Source: Selaginella moellendorffii
Taxonomy: Eukaryota; Plantae; Lycopodiophyta
Length of the DNA: 64,000 nt
Reading direction: 5' to 3'
Assembly (NCBI RefSeq): GCF_000143415.4
Contig: NW_003314270.1
Span: 1,791,048-1,855,047 of the forward strand
Shown here: positions 25,118-38,055 of the stretch, in pieces
Layout of the letters: every line of letters begins with the position of its first letter
Position numbering within the stretch: position 1 is the stretch's first letter
The notes under the pieces: model-generated
What the model was told of the DNA's origin: nothing
The model's input: only the letters and a program-made list of their open reading frames with translations
The model's database searches: none
Program-made: the position numbers and the translations under genes

Positions 25118-27292
25118 TCACTCAGAAGAAGTGGTGTTACTTGGATTGAGCTCGACCTCCTCGGCCTGGTCATGAGAGTGAGGCTGGCTCGCGTCGGAGT
25201 TTTGGATGGAAGGATGGTGCTTGGCTCTGTGCCTGGCTTGGGCGTGCCAGCTGCTCAAAGCATGCTGTACGTGTTCATTGAAAATGGCAGCCTTGTAGTG
25301 ACTCCCCATCTACACGAGACAAGAAAGTGAGTGCTTGTGCTTTTGCTTCCGGAAATGAAATGAGAATCGTGAAATGCACCTGTGTCACCAGTGCATAAAG
25401 CGGGAGCGTACTGTAGCTGCATAGGACCTGGACGATGATCCTGCAGTCGTGAATGACGTGATGCAAAGTTAGCTGGAAAACAAAAGAAAAGAAAAGTGGT
25501 CCCTCTTACCCAATGACCAATCGAGTGATCACGAATCCAAGCCTCTCCATCAGACAAGACGTAAAGCCAAGTGTTCTCTGCGTGGAAGACGAGTCAGGAG
25601 AAGATTATATAAGCCATGTATGACTCGCTTTACCCAAATCCACAGGAAGAACGCAAGCTCAAAAGCGTTCTGGAATTAAAACGAACGAATATGAGAAATC
25701 CATAGAACACTAAGAGATTCAGTTACCTGGAAGAGAATAAAGTGGAGAAGATGCAATACGAGCTGTGGCCTTTTGAACCAGAAAAGATCGTCTCGGAGAT
25801 TAGCAGTGGCTTCTTCATCATGCTGCTGCCTCACAACTTCTCCTGCTAGGGACATGATCACATACTGTAGCTTTGCTCCAATAACAAGTAGAAGCTGCAA
25901 GTACAAACCGAAAATATGATCAAACAAATCGTATGTAAATTCTTACACCCAAAGGAAGGAAAGAGATCCAAAAGTAAGTGTTCCAGCCTGTACGCTAACT
26001 TGTCAATTGAGAAGCGGTTTTCTGTATCACATACCTTTGATATCAAGCAGTAGAAACGTGACCACGAAAAGCCACAGTGGACCACTAAAGAATGAAACAC
26101 TTCTCTTTCACCCCAAAATGTGAAAGAGAAGAGAGGAAGTACCTGATCCCGACAACATCTCTGTAATCATCGTGCAAAACACGAAGAATGTAGCGATGGA
26201 AGTCGAATGTTGGCCTCAGCCGGTGCTTCTGTGAATACAAGCCTTCAGAAAACAATTTCTAAACTTTTTCACGCACCTGCAGAAACCCAACACGAAGAGC
26301 TGTGTATTCAGTTTGCGTCACAGAGCTGCCAAACTGTCGAGCAAAGCAGACCTGCCAAAACAAAGGTTAGTGTTCGAGATAAACTCAAGCACAGAAAACG
26401 GACTCACGATCCAGCTCAAAAACGGCGACGACATGTATCTCGGCTTTGCATGCTTGTGCAAAAACGTCCGCTGTCTATTCAGTCTTGGTAATGCTGGGCC
26501 ATGCTCCGCGATTCCATGCAACAAATATTATTAAAAACTAGCGCAAAGTGCGCAGCGGAATTTACCTGTTTCTTCTTCAGACCTCTGCGCTTCAATCTCC
26601 CACACTCCCCAGCAATGGACCTGACTAAAACGAGTAAGCGAAAACCCAATCCAGACTTGCACACCTTGTATCTTCCAAGTAACAGTGTAAAGCAACTATA
26701 AACCACATGAACAATCGCCAACAGGAAAATGAAAATGTGGAGCTTATGCAAACTGGACTTGGAAATGAAAGGAACTTTACCCTGAACATGACCAGCATCA
26801 ATCCAAGAGGCTATCACTTAAAATTCAGCTCACCTCGGGGCAATTGAACCTGCTGATCTCGTCAACTTCGGCCTCCGTTTCCTCGCACGGGATCATACGC
26901 CGTGTCGGCGATCTGCAAATGCGAGTCACTCCATCTCCGAAAGATGCGAGCAGGAGAGACACAAAGCCAAGAAGCATAAGCTCTGCATGGAAATGAACAG
27001 CATTTCTTGTACAAATCGGTGACTAGAAACAAACCTTCTTTGATTTTTTCGAGTGCTTGGTACAACGGTTTGCTTCTCGATCTCTCTTCCCGCTGCTGCA
27101 GCCACTGCAAAATTCAATTGCAGCATCAGAGCAAGAGAAAAACAGATCACCGAAAGAAAGATCAAGTATTACCTTGCCAGTGAAGTGAATGGATCGCTCC
27201 AAACCGAAGGACGCAAGAACGAAGATGGAGCAGACGATGGCCACAGCCCATGTCGGTGTCACTTCTAAGCTGCGATCCTTCGCTTCCTCCAT
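25118..27292 (-). CDS. MLO: MLO family protein, copy B (tandem paralog), multi-exon
   Basis: [91 protein letters not shown]. Confidence 0.92.
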
Positions 27293-27469
27293 CTCTGAAT
27301 TTCTTTCCTGTCCTCTTTTTTTTCCTCGGGAAATGTGTGAATGCTTATACAACTAATAGTCCAGGAGTTGTATGACCCCGTGACGTCACTACTTAGAACT
27401 TACCCGGAGAAACATAAGTTTTTTGTTCATGAATCAAAAGCCTCCTCCTCGAAGGCATCACACTGAATT

Positions 27470-29408
27470 CTAAGAAAGTCCGATCAGACCACCTTCACCG
27501 GTTTGTTTCTTCATGTACTCATCAGACAGTCGCATCTTTGTCACCATTTTCTGTTCCTCGACTAGAGAGGTCCCGGCTTTCAGTAGACTCGTGAGTGTTT
27601 GCTACAAAGGGTAGCAATCAAAATCCGTTACCTCAAATAGATATAAGTACCTCAGGCGGATTGAAATCAATGGTTTTCTTTTTGCTCTGGCGAAATATTT
27701 CGTTGAGTTTCTCGGGACCACCATTAGATTCCAGCCACTGCAGGCAGCACTCAGCAGCATAAGAGCCGTAAGGAAAATGAAGTCAAGACTACCTTCCACA
27801 ATTCTTCGTCACATGCTCTGGACTTTAGAGCACCGTAGAAGTCTAGAGCTAATCAAAGATGGTCCAAATCACGTCGTCAATTTCCACGAGAGCGACCCTT
27901 ACCTTGATTAGGAAATTTGTCGACAATAGTTTCGACGTCCACGCGTGAAAGACCGTCTTTGGAGTACATACGGTAGACAATATTGATCAGATCCTCTCTA
28001 CTTGGTTGCCTGCGAAGTAGATCAGAACCAAGCAGTGGTACACAAGCCCAGCGCAGTACACATACCAGTAAAACTTGTCCATTCGACCATCGCGAATAAG
28101 CGGCGCCCAAAGAGTCGAGAAATCGTTCCCCGTTACAATAATTGGAACCCGCTTGATAACGTCTCCTTCCCGCCAATCTTGACCAACGCTAACTTGTGTT
28201 GGATTGTCGGCCAAGTTCATCAGCGTACCCACCACAATTTGATTGTTCACTGTCATCTGGGTGTTTTCTGCACCGTGAGTCAAACCAAAATAAACTTCCC
28301 CTGACAACAATTTGCACTTGCCTACCAAATCGCCCAATGCCAGCATCAATATCGTTGATCATCAGGCAGCTCAGTTTTCCCTGGTACAGAGACGTTAAAG
28401 AGTGCTTTTGTCCAGTAAGTCGCAGCACGTACCTGATTTTTTACAACTTGTGCAGCTGTTCTGTAACGATCCCTGATCAAGCGTCCGGGTTCACCTGGGA
28501 TGAAGAACGAGAAAAGCTTAGCTTCCCATACAAAACGCATGAACTCACCAGCTCTTTCCGACTCCATTTCTCCCGCAGACATGATGACAGGCTCCACTCC
28601 CATGGCCTTAAATATTAGCTCGGTCTGGAAAGTCTTTCCTTGCCCTTTACCACCCCATACACCTGTATCATTTGTGAGTGAAAGAAATAACGTACTGGGA
28701 AAATGCATACCGAGGATGAGAGGGACACTAGTGTCTAGCTGCTCGGCAACATAATTTTTGACAATGTGCGTCACTAGAAGGTCATATCCATTAGCTCCGA
28801 TTTCGGTCACAAGAATTTATACACTCACCTACAGCATCCTGTAAGTCCTTGTCAGAACAATGGTACGAGTCAAACGACACAAGTGACATACCAGAAATGC
28901 CGGGGCTATATAGTAGTCTCCTTGCAAATGCTCGAACGAACGTGTGACTTTCTGCCTGTAAGCGAACACAATATCGGCTGGGGAAAACAACACTTCAGAG
29001 GACGAAGAAACAAACGAGCGTCAAAAGCTTACCTTCCTTTCCAAGAAAATCACCAACAAAAACGCTATCGATCATCCCTTGACGTGCTCCGACGGTGATG
29101 TTCATATTATCGGCCTCTTTTCCAAGCCTGTAGAGATAATCTTCGCCTACAGAATCCTTGGCAGTCCATGATGAAGGCCCCAGCCTCTCCTGCACCGGTT
29201 CATTTTCCCTGGGTGACGACGACGAGCAGGAGGGACTTGAGTATGATAGTGAAGAGCGAAGACTCGAAGCTCTCCTTCTACAAAAGTGGATGCCTGCTGT
29301 AAGATGCCTGTGCTGCTCATAATTTCCCATCAGAAACGCCGAATATCCTACCATCCCGGCCATTCCACTAGTGCTGCTGTAAACCCCTTGAAACAATGCC
29401 GTGGTCAT
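27470..29408 (-). CDS. Rubisco activase-like AAA+ protein (plastid), multi-exon
   Basis: Ser-rich transit-like N-terminus; WGGKGQGKTFQ, MSAGEMES, LMINDIDAG, TVNNQ, TGNDFSTLWAPLIRDGRMDKFYW, LDFYGALKSR. Confidence 0.88.
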
Positions 29409-29502
29409 TGAATTCCTTCCTCCATTTCTAGCCACACGAGAGCTCGCCTCTTTCCAGTAAATGACAAGATTAAAATCGTAACCCACCTGTACTGCTCCTC
29501 CT

Positions 29503-32500
29503 CTATATACCGAGGTCGAATGAAGGTATACACTCAAAATCTTCGTCCATCTGTTGTTCTATACCTGCTTGGGTACCGCGTAACCGAGATTGTTTAGTAG
29601 CTTCAGCCTCCAGTGCGTCAAGATCTAGATCATCAAAGAAGTCGTCCGCGATTGGCTCGTGGCTCGGCCCAGCACCTGTACTAGCTTTCCAAGGTTCCCT
29701 GTTCTCCATGCCTGTCCTGCAACTAATGCCGTTTGATACCTCCACATCAGTCTTCACTGCTGCGTCTATCGCGTTATTTGACGGGCCTGCTCCCGTATGA
29801 AAGCTCAGCTTCCTCTTTCTAAATTCCTTCGTGCTGCACTCGACTTCTTCTTGCTCGTTACGTGTGTGCAACTCGGGCCGTGGCGGTAGTAAATTAAACG
29901 TGACGGACTTTTTACCACTGTCGGATGCAGGAACCGATGGTGGATGAGAGGATTTTTCGGATGACTTGCATAGGCTGCTAGAAGTAGGAGTGCTGCCGGA
30001 ATGAAGGGACCGCATGTAAGCCAAGGCTTCAGCCGGGGACTGTGAGAGCAGGGATCGTCTGTAAAGATGAAAGTTCAATAAAAGAGTGGAACATCACACT
30101 TTCAATAGACCTGTAAATCGCCATCATATCCACAGAAGCACCGCTACCGGGACCGCTGGTATGGACATTGTCGTCAATGAAACTATCGCTACACGTACAA
30201 TTTTCTTGATCAGTGTCAGGAGAAACTTCCGCATCCGAAGAAACTCTACAGCGAAAAACAATTAGACAGCAAACAATATAAGGAAAACATACTCGGCCTC
30301 GTCATCAATAAAATGCCGAACGGCTTCCTTTATCTGTTCCTTTTCTGAAAGATGAAGCAAGTTGAGATTCAATCGGCGGATTACGATATGTATATTACCT
30401 GTATCAGTCGCCCGATTTTCATCTTTGAAAGTTGCCAAAAGTGGCAGAAGTTCTCGTCCCCTTTTAAGCCGTTTCAAAGGACGAGGCTTCCTAACTGCGG
30501 AGGGAAGTTCACTACTAGGACACTTCCAGTCTTCGTTACTGCTGTTTCTGCCACTTCTCTGGACACGAGCCTCCGAAGGCAGTCTTGTAAAAATGGGACT
30601 TTCAAAGATTACTTCCGCCTTTGCGATGTCAGGTGTTTCTGGCACGAATTCCACCAGTTTCGGACTTTCACTTATTGGCACCGGAGACGCGTTATGTGTG
30701 CTTTCTAGCTGCTTGCTATCGGGTGCTCTTCCGAATAAATCAGGTGGTGAAGATACCATCACGTACCCCTCATTTGTGATGGAAATGGCACCATTGGTGA
30801 AGTAAAAATGATGGTTTGGCGGAGAGCTTTGTTCTGGAGCAGGATGTAAAGCTTCTGCTGGAGCATTTTCAGCACTTGCGTCTGCAAGTGATTCATAGGG
30901 ATCTGGATGAAATGGATAGTCTTGCCAGCCCTGATCACCAGCATGGTCAAAGACCGCGTCTTCGTCATTTTTGGCTACCTGCAAAACAAAACTTACTCCA
31001 GCCATACACTCAACATATATGTACCTTATCACTTTTTGAAAGCGGCAGTTCAGGGTGACTGTTATCAACGGCATTTGAAGGCGGGAGTGTATCAATAGCG
31101 TTCCGAGGTGGCAGCTCACGCAGCTCACGCAGCTCTTGCAATACATCAATAAGCATTGAGGTGGTCCTCGAGGAATGTTTAACACTGTGAATAGCAGTAG
31201 CAATAAGCTGGTTATTCGGAAATGCAATAAGCGATGGACTCCAGATTTCCTCCTCCGGTGACTTGAAGTACTTTGACAGCATCGCGCTCTCGTCTGCTGT
31301 AAGCTCGGCAATCGGATTAAATGTTTGAGTTTTGTCTTGTTTCGCTTTGCGAAAACGAGGCACAAATTTCTCAATTGTAAGCTTTGTCATTTGTAACTGT
31401 GGTGTAAAGGCATGAGGAACCTGCATGATAAAGAAATGTTATAACATATAGCAATTAGGAAACATTTACCATTCTAGAGCTGGCATGAAAGTTGAAGCTT
31501 CGTAGCCCACCATTCATCATGTGCTTGCCGATAGCTTTGCCTTTAGCTTGTTTGTTCAGATAACCTTGAATTTCTGTTCCCTCACTAGCCAAAACAAGTG
31601 CCGTCTGTTAAGGAAACCAGTATATCATACAAAAGCTAGAAAAAGGATATCCACTCGGCCATCACGTTTTCGGCCAGTTCGTCCCATGCGTTGAATCATC
31701 CTCAAAGGAGAGATATTGGCATCAAAACAGATAACCAGATCCACTTCCATAATGTCGAGCCCTTCTTCACCAATACAGGTAGCGACTATAGTGTTGTAAC
31801 CACCAGCTCGAAACTTCTGAAATGCTACATGTCACACAACTTTCATGTTTCCAAACAAGAAGCAGACCTGAAGGACTTGCTGCTGAATCTTTTGAGATTG
31901 TCCTTTAGAAGTTTTCCCTGCAAACAAGTTGAGCATCTTATAGGTAGATATGAAACTAACCAGAGCTTTGCCCAACAAACTCCATAGCTTTTACGGGACC
32001 GTTAATCTTGCCTAAGCACTCCATTATGTCCCTAAGGCAAGCATATCAGGAACAAAAAGAAAAGTTCTGAAGTTCATACTTTACGCTCTCCCTGAAATTA
32101 GTGAAGATAATTGCCCTTGTATTCCCTGAATTGTCAGCACCTGACGGTGGAGAGGGAGTTAACATGTTAATAAAAAAGCGATCTTCTTACCGAAGTGAGC
32201 CAAGATAATTTCTTCCATCTTATCAAGCTTAGGACTTGGAGCACCGTGATTTATAGTCTGCTGCATTAACTGTTTAACATGAAGCAACTTTTCATTTCGA
32301 CCCATCATCCGTGCAAGTAACCTGTTACAAAGAAATTATCAGTAGTTAGAAATATGGCAAACTGTCGTACCCTTGCTGCAATTTTTGTTGAAGCATTTCA
32401 AATGCTGGTTTTATACCGTGACTAGAAAGTAGCTTGAGTATGTGGCATAACGTTATACCTACTCCAAAACACCCTTCCAGTTCACCAGTTTGCCCTTGAG

Positions 32501-34133
32501 CAAGAGATACTGGAGGAACTTGTCGAAATTTCTCTCTCGCAGTGAGAAATTCATAGGGAGTGAGCTGGCACCAAAAAACATCAGAACAAGATCATGACGA
32601 ATGAAAACTGTACCCTTGCAATATCCCTGTTGTAAAACACTCCATAGTTACAGAGTTTTAAAACTACTGGCTGGAGGATATCTGAAAGCATGTCTCTGAG
32701 CTTCTTCGATTCTGCATTCAACGGAACCTACAAATAAAATTGTGAAATAGCATCGCGTCAGCTTCTCCAATTTCCAAGTAGCAAAATCATACCGTAATAA
32801 CTTCGAGCTTCCTGTCGTGCGTGTACTGGCTCACGTCGTGATCATACTCGTCACGGTACTCCAGGCAAGATATATTTAGATTATCAACGACAGATTGTAT
32901 GGTTGCATGTTTAGCTGCAGCCAAAACATTTCAGGAAGTAAAGGCGGATGTTTCTATAACTTACATCCAGGTGTTGCCGTCAAAGCCAGTATTCGCAACA
33001 CTATTTTCGCAGCCATTATCTGTCTGTGATACGTTAGCACCGAAAACAAGAACAAATTTTTTTAACAATATAACCTCTCGGACAGCCACACAATACGCGT
33101 AATTTCCAAGAGCGCGATGAGCCTCATCCACAACAAGGCAGACAAGTTGTTGTAGTGGGCAACTACCTGTATTCGGCAATCGATCAAGACGAAAAGAAAA
33201 GCGAGAAAGGATACTTTACCAGACTTTATGTCTTTTTCAAGAACTTGTGGTGTAACAAAAAAGACCCGCTTGCTTTTCCAAAAAGCTGCTCGTTGCGAGG
33301 GATTAATCTGTCCTGTCATATCTATCGTCAACGCCTGCAGACAATTTCCACTGTAAAGGCCATCACAACTAGCAAACGTACCTGAGGAATGCCCACAACG
33401 TTGTGACAGGCTTCAATTTGCTGAACAACCAGTGGCTTCGAAGGAGCTGTAAACACAACCTTTCCTACGAGAGAGACATCACCTTGAGAATCAAAGGAAG
33501 AAACCATCCGAAAGCATACCTTCCGGAAACCATCGGTAAAAGTTGTACATCACTACGGCGGCAATCAATGTCTTTCCAAGTCCGGTTGGCAGTGAAACCA
33601 AGGTGTTCGTAAAGAGCGCCGTCTTTGCAATAGAGAACTGATACTCCCGACATGGAACATTTTCTGCGCAAAGATCAGAGATAAAACAGGTAAACAACAC
33701 AAAGAAAACGCGCAAGAAGACGAATCAGAAAGGATTTCAAGTAATTGTTGGTGAAGGAAATAACTCGGAACTAAAAAAGAAATCGAATTGAAGAGAATGT
33801 ATGAAACAAACCTGGATACACCCAAGTAGTCGCAGCAACGGGATCAATGGGCACTTGTATCCCTTCCACATCTCCATCTCTAGCTTGATTTTGCTCACCA
33901 CTATTCGCCCGTCCTCTAAAGAAAGAATCGAGTGTTTGCTGTCGCCCAGCTCGATGCTGCGCCTCAACATTTTGCTTGCTCTGCAAATACCCGGCCTCCA
34001 CATTCTCCACCTCCGTCACGGCCGCCGCCCAGTCGATACCCTGGCCGATCCAACCAGGGTCTCAAGCGAACAACAAGAGGAAGAACACACTCACATCATC
34101 ATCAAAACCTGCCGCATTCCCAGGCAAGGGCAT
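29503..34133 (-). CDS. FANCM: FANCM DEAH-box helicase, multi-exon
   Basis: N-terminal DDD|GIDWAAAV; [27 protein letters not shown]; VTPQV; DEAHRA; LALTATPG; [10 protein letters not shown]; [11 protein letters not shown]; [21 protein letters not shown]; C-terminal PSFDLGI. Confidence 0.93.
31598..31650 (-). other. U12-type AT-AC intron (53 nt) in FANCM
   Basis: 5' ATATCCTTTT, branch site TTCCTTAAC (31607-31615), 3' AC. Removal restores DGRVVVLASEG. Confidence 0.88.
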
Positions 34134-34421
34134 TCCACCGAGCCGATCCAGACGCGTTCATGCGATCAGCTGATGGAATCCTCGCTCCCGCGGCATCCTC
34201 CAACCCTAGAGCGCTCGCTTGGCGGCAAACATTAGGGCTTTTACCATTTCTTTAATAGCTTGGTTTGCTTAAGTATTCTTATTTGTTAATCCAACTGATC
34301 AAATAGAATTTATAATTATAAGTAATTTATAAACACAAGATTATATCAATTATTAAATGATAAAATAAAAAATAATATACTAGAAAGGGTTTAAGAAAGT
34401 TTATAAATTATAAATACAAGA

Positions 34422-34595
34422 TGTGAGGGCCAAGTGTACGGCTACGATGCCGTATACTAATATTAGCGTAGTGGATTTTGGTAGCCGTCGGATTGGTTTC
34501 AATCCGGACCACTCGCTCCTGTATATAAGCTAGGGTTTTTGGGCTAATTAAAAGGCACATTTCTGTATTCCCTTTCCATATTCCATGCACTCACA
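34422..34595 (+). mobile_element. Short (about 174 bp) solo-LTR-like repeat
   Basis: Bounded by TGTGAG...CTCACA, with internal TATATAA. Homologous direct copy at 38056-38226, which is followed by a PBS-like site and gag. Confidence 0.7.
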
Positions 34596-34770
34596 AAAAT
34601 AGATTTTTTTTCTTATGTTTTTTAGATTGTTATAAGTTTTGATGAATAAATGGTAGAATATTTTAGAATATTCAAATATATTAAAGTATATCCACCACAC
34701 ATTTGCTTAAGTAAACCAAAAACTTTAAAGAAAAGAGGAAGAGAGATTTCTCCATGTTTTCATCCTGCGA

Positions 34771-36222
34771 TTAGAAGCGAGCTTTGGTTTGCCAGGCCGA
34801 AATTGCACACATGATCACGTCCTTCCACCCCAGCAGGACCCAATTCTCATCCCTTCCACACCGAAAGTGCTCGCTATACTTGTATCCTCCCCACGTAGTC
34901 TTCATCCTCTCGTAATCCTCGTCCTCGACCGGGAATGGCTTGAATCCAGCGCGCTTGGCCCTCACGTCCCAGGTCTTGTACTTCTCCGGCCGCTCCACTT
35001 GATCCAACCCATCGCACGCCACCACGTTCATGATCACCTTCTGGAACGTCTTCTCCATCAAGCTCCGCTGCTCCAGATCGTCGCTCAACCACGCGTCCAT
35101 GGACTCCATCTTCGCCGTGTAATACTCGAGCGCCGCCTCGAACTTTGGGAGGAAGAACGGCGAGCTCATGGACGAGTTCCCCACGGTCATCACCACCAGC
35201 TTGGGGCTCATCTTGCTGATCCTCTCGAACAGAAGCTTGCGAGGATTGTTAATGGCGACCCACTCGTCCTTCATGTTTTGCAGCCTGCCGTTGGAGTTGA
35301 CGACCAGGAACTCGTTCGAGTGCGTCACCGGCTGGACCGTCTCCCAGGAGTTGGACTGGATCGAGCAGAACTCGAGCTGGACACCGTGTGATCTCGCGTA
35401 CTCGGTCAGGCGCTGCCCCGCTTGTGTCGCCTCGGGAACCATTGGCAGATCGATCCCGGTGATCTTGAGATGTGGAGGACCTTCCGGACGGACGCTCAAA
35501 GCCTTGATTAACGACGGCCACTGGTGACCGCAGAAGATCCCATAGTCGACGATGTGGACTCTCCTCGCTCCAGCGCAAGCTCGGAGAATCACATCGTTGG
35601 CGAAGGTGTGGATCCTCGAGGAAGGGAGGCACGCGATCCGGCTGCCCGAGAGAATCCTCCTGGTGGTCATTCCAGCCACCAGAGCCCTGTATGTCTGCGG
35701 CCCTGTTCCTGTCACCCGGGCTACCAGCGCTTCGATGAAGAACATCGCAAGCCTCTCTAGCGGAGTCGACTGTGACCAGACCACTTGCCTGAGATCGCTT
35801 GCCAGGGCGTAGAAAGCCGCGAAGTCCTTGGCTGCTACGGCTCGAGCACACTCCATCAAGCACCACTGTATATCTACAGTCGGAGAATTTGGGGACTCGT
35901 CGATCACGCCACTGACGAAACCTGCGTCGCTGGGTGAGCCTGGTGAGTCGCTCTCCCTGGAACTCTCCCTGCTCGAGGAAGAAGGGGAAACGATTGCCGT
36001 GAGCTCGTCCAGCAGACCTTGGTAAGATCTCTGCGGAGGAAGAGATTCAACCTCGTCGTCTTCGTCCATGAGCATTCTGGACAGATAGGAGAGCGTTGGA
36101 TCGTTGGAATCAGGCGACCATTGCTGCTCCGTGTAGAAACTAGCCGCTGGCTCGAGCTTTACCTCGTGTTGCTGGAGAACCCTTCTCAGCTTGGTTACCA
36201 AATCCTCCCCCAGATTTCCCAT
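34771..36222 (-). CDS. GRAS transcription factor, LISCL/SCL14-like, uninterrupted CDS (copy 1)
   Basis: TLSYLSRMLMDED, LMECARAVA, ERLA, VHIVDYG, QWPSLI, PPHLKITGID, PFF.PKF, NVVACDG..ERPE, GWK, SAW. Confidence 0.92.
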   Translation of the reverse strand: MGNLGEDLVTKLRRVLQQHEVKLEPAASFYTEQQWSPDSNDPTLSYLSRMLMDEDDEVESLPPQRSYQGLLDELTAIVSPSSSSRESSRESDSPGSPSDAGFVSGVIDESPNSPTVDIQWCLMECARAVAAKDFAAFYALASDLRQVVWSQSTPLERLAMFFIEALVARVTGTGPQTYRALVAGMTTRRILSGSRIACLPSSRIHTFANDVILRACAGARRVHIVDYGIFCGHQWPSLIKALSVRPEGPPHLKITGIDLPMVPEATQAGQRLTEYARSHGVQLEFCSIQSNSWETVQPVTHSNEFLVVNSNGRLQNMKDEWVAINNPRKLLFERISKMSPKLVVMTVGNSSMSSPFFLPKFEAALEYYTAKMESMDAWLSDDLEQRSLMEKTFQKVIMNVVACDGLDQVERPEKYKTWDVRAKRAGFKPFPVEDEDYERMKTTWGGYKYSEHFRCGRDENWVLLGWKDVIMCAISAWQTKARF

Positions 36223-37040
36223 CCGCGCCAGAAACCCTGCAAAGACAGACTCTTGTGATCCAAGTCTAACGCACGTGGTGGAAACAGCCTTGATCGACGT
36301 GGTAGCTGAGGTGGACAAAAATAGCCACGTGGCAGATTCTAGGAATCTTCAAAATCAAGGAGACAGCAAAAGTTAAATGGGAAATTAAAATTTGGATAGA
36401 AACTGTGCCAGAAACATGGCACAAGGTATCATTATTGAGCTTGGAGGATAACAAGAGGGATGGGAGGTTAGGCTAGACTTTTTTTTATTTCCACCTTTAA
36501 AAAGAAGAGAGTGTTCTTTGTGAGGAATTTACTTTGGATTGTGATTCTAGGACCACTATACAGTTAATATCAAAGATTCCCAGCCCAACTTAAAAACTGT
36601 GGCAATTTCTCCATCCCAAGCATGAAGCTGTTAAAGGATGTCTCCAACAAGTTAAAGTAATCTGGATATAAAGAAGCTCACTACCCTCTGTTTAATATGG
36701 TCTCAGATGTTCTAATATTTAAAACCTTATCTATGACTTTTCCTGGTCTAAATCAGGTTCTTAATCATGGGTTAAAAACCTTGTAACAATTGCTTCTATT
36801 TATCTTGACATAATTTATCTATAGATAAAATATTCAAGCAGCATAGCAAGTTTTATTAAATATTTCAAACATATACAATATAAAAGGTTTAGAGATTTAT
36901 TTTATTCGATTGTTTATAGAAGAACAATTTACAGATCTTTAGAATTTTTATTATATATTATATATTCTATATATTTTTAGTCTTTTGGTGATATCAATAT
37001 AAATTAAATTCTTTATATGTGATACAAATACCTTTAACAT

Positions 37041-37880
37041 TTAACATAAATATGGAGGGTTTAGTTTCCAAAACTCTTTACCTTCAAACATTGCAGAATA
37101 TATTTTTATATTACAGCTATTTTGAACAGTAAGATAAAATATATCTAACTCTAAACATTTCAATTCTGGAAAACAATACTTATTAGAATCCCAAATAGCT
37201 TTGTAATTGTTGTATAGAACTAGATTACCATCATTTTGTAATTTTAATTTACAATATATAATATTACTTTGTGATGTTTCTGAATTCCAAATTTTATCCT
37301 TAAGATAATAAAGAACTAAAACACAATTTGATTCTAAAATCAAAATAACTTTACCGTTTGAAGAAGTTAGAAAATCACCAATATAAATTATTGATGGACT
37401 AATTACTGTACTAGATTTAAGTTGGCATAAATAAGTATGGTATGAAATTTTAGTTTTCTCAAACAACTCTTCTTTTGGTTCTAATTTATATTGTATAAAG
37501 TAATTAGGATTTTCATTTTCAAAGGATTCACAAAGATTAATTTTAAGTGTACTGATAAATGGATTTATAAGTCTTTCAAAGCCTTGAATTAAGTTTGTAC
37601 CCTTTGTAGTGCCTTGTGTGTCAGATGTAGAGCAATCATCTTTTGATTTCATAATAATTTTAACAATTCCACATGAAACACGAATAGATTTTCCACTTGA
37701 AAATAACTTAGAATAATCTTTTTTTTTATAATCTATTTTTCCTATTAGTCTATTGATGATACGAATTACTTTATCCATATCCTGTGGATTTAATACGTTA
37801 AATTTTCCAAATTTTGGAGAGTATGCAATAGCACTTTGAATTAATAATACAAGTACAAATATTAAAGATACTAACTTCAT
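37041..37880 (-). CDS. Secreted protein: unrecognised N-terminal domain plus GNA/bulb-type (B-) lectin domain, intronless, AT-rich
   Basis: 279-aa ORF with ATG and signal peptide MKLVSLIFVLVLLIQSAIA. B-lectin pattern GDFLTSSNG..LILESNCVLVLY...IWNS...LKLQNDGNLVLY...IWDS...LTVQNSCNIKIY...FW. Paralog at 20.3-20.8 kb. Confidence 0.8.
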   Translation of the reverse strand: MKLVSLIFVLVLLIQSAIAYSPKFGKFNVLNPQDMDKVIRIINRLIGKIDYKKKDYSKLFSSGKSIRVSCGIVKIIMKSKDDCSTSDTQGTTKGTNLIQGFERLINPFISTLKINLCESFENENPNYFIQYKLEPKEELFEKTKISYHTYLCQLKSSTVISPSIIYIGDFLTSSNGKVILILESNCVLVLYYLKDKIWNSETSQSNIIYCKLKLQNDGNLVLYNNYKAIWDSNKYCFPELKCLELDIFYLTVQNSCNIKIYSAMFEGKEFWKLNPPYLC

Positions 37881-38055
37881 TTCATTTAGATAAGATTCAA
37901 ATTTTAAAAAACTTAATTCATATATAATATATAGCCAAATTAAATTTAAATTTAAATAAATAATATTTATAATTAATATAAACTTTGTAAAGCCACTTGC
38001 TTATACTTCAGCCTACCTAGGTATAAACAATAAAGCATCAATAAAGCATGTAACA

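Noticed and set aside
33206-33214. GTATCCTTT U12-like donor in a FANCM intron
   Set aside because: The upstream GTAAAG donor gives the correct frame (KSG|SCPLQQLVC); the U12-like site would shift the frame.
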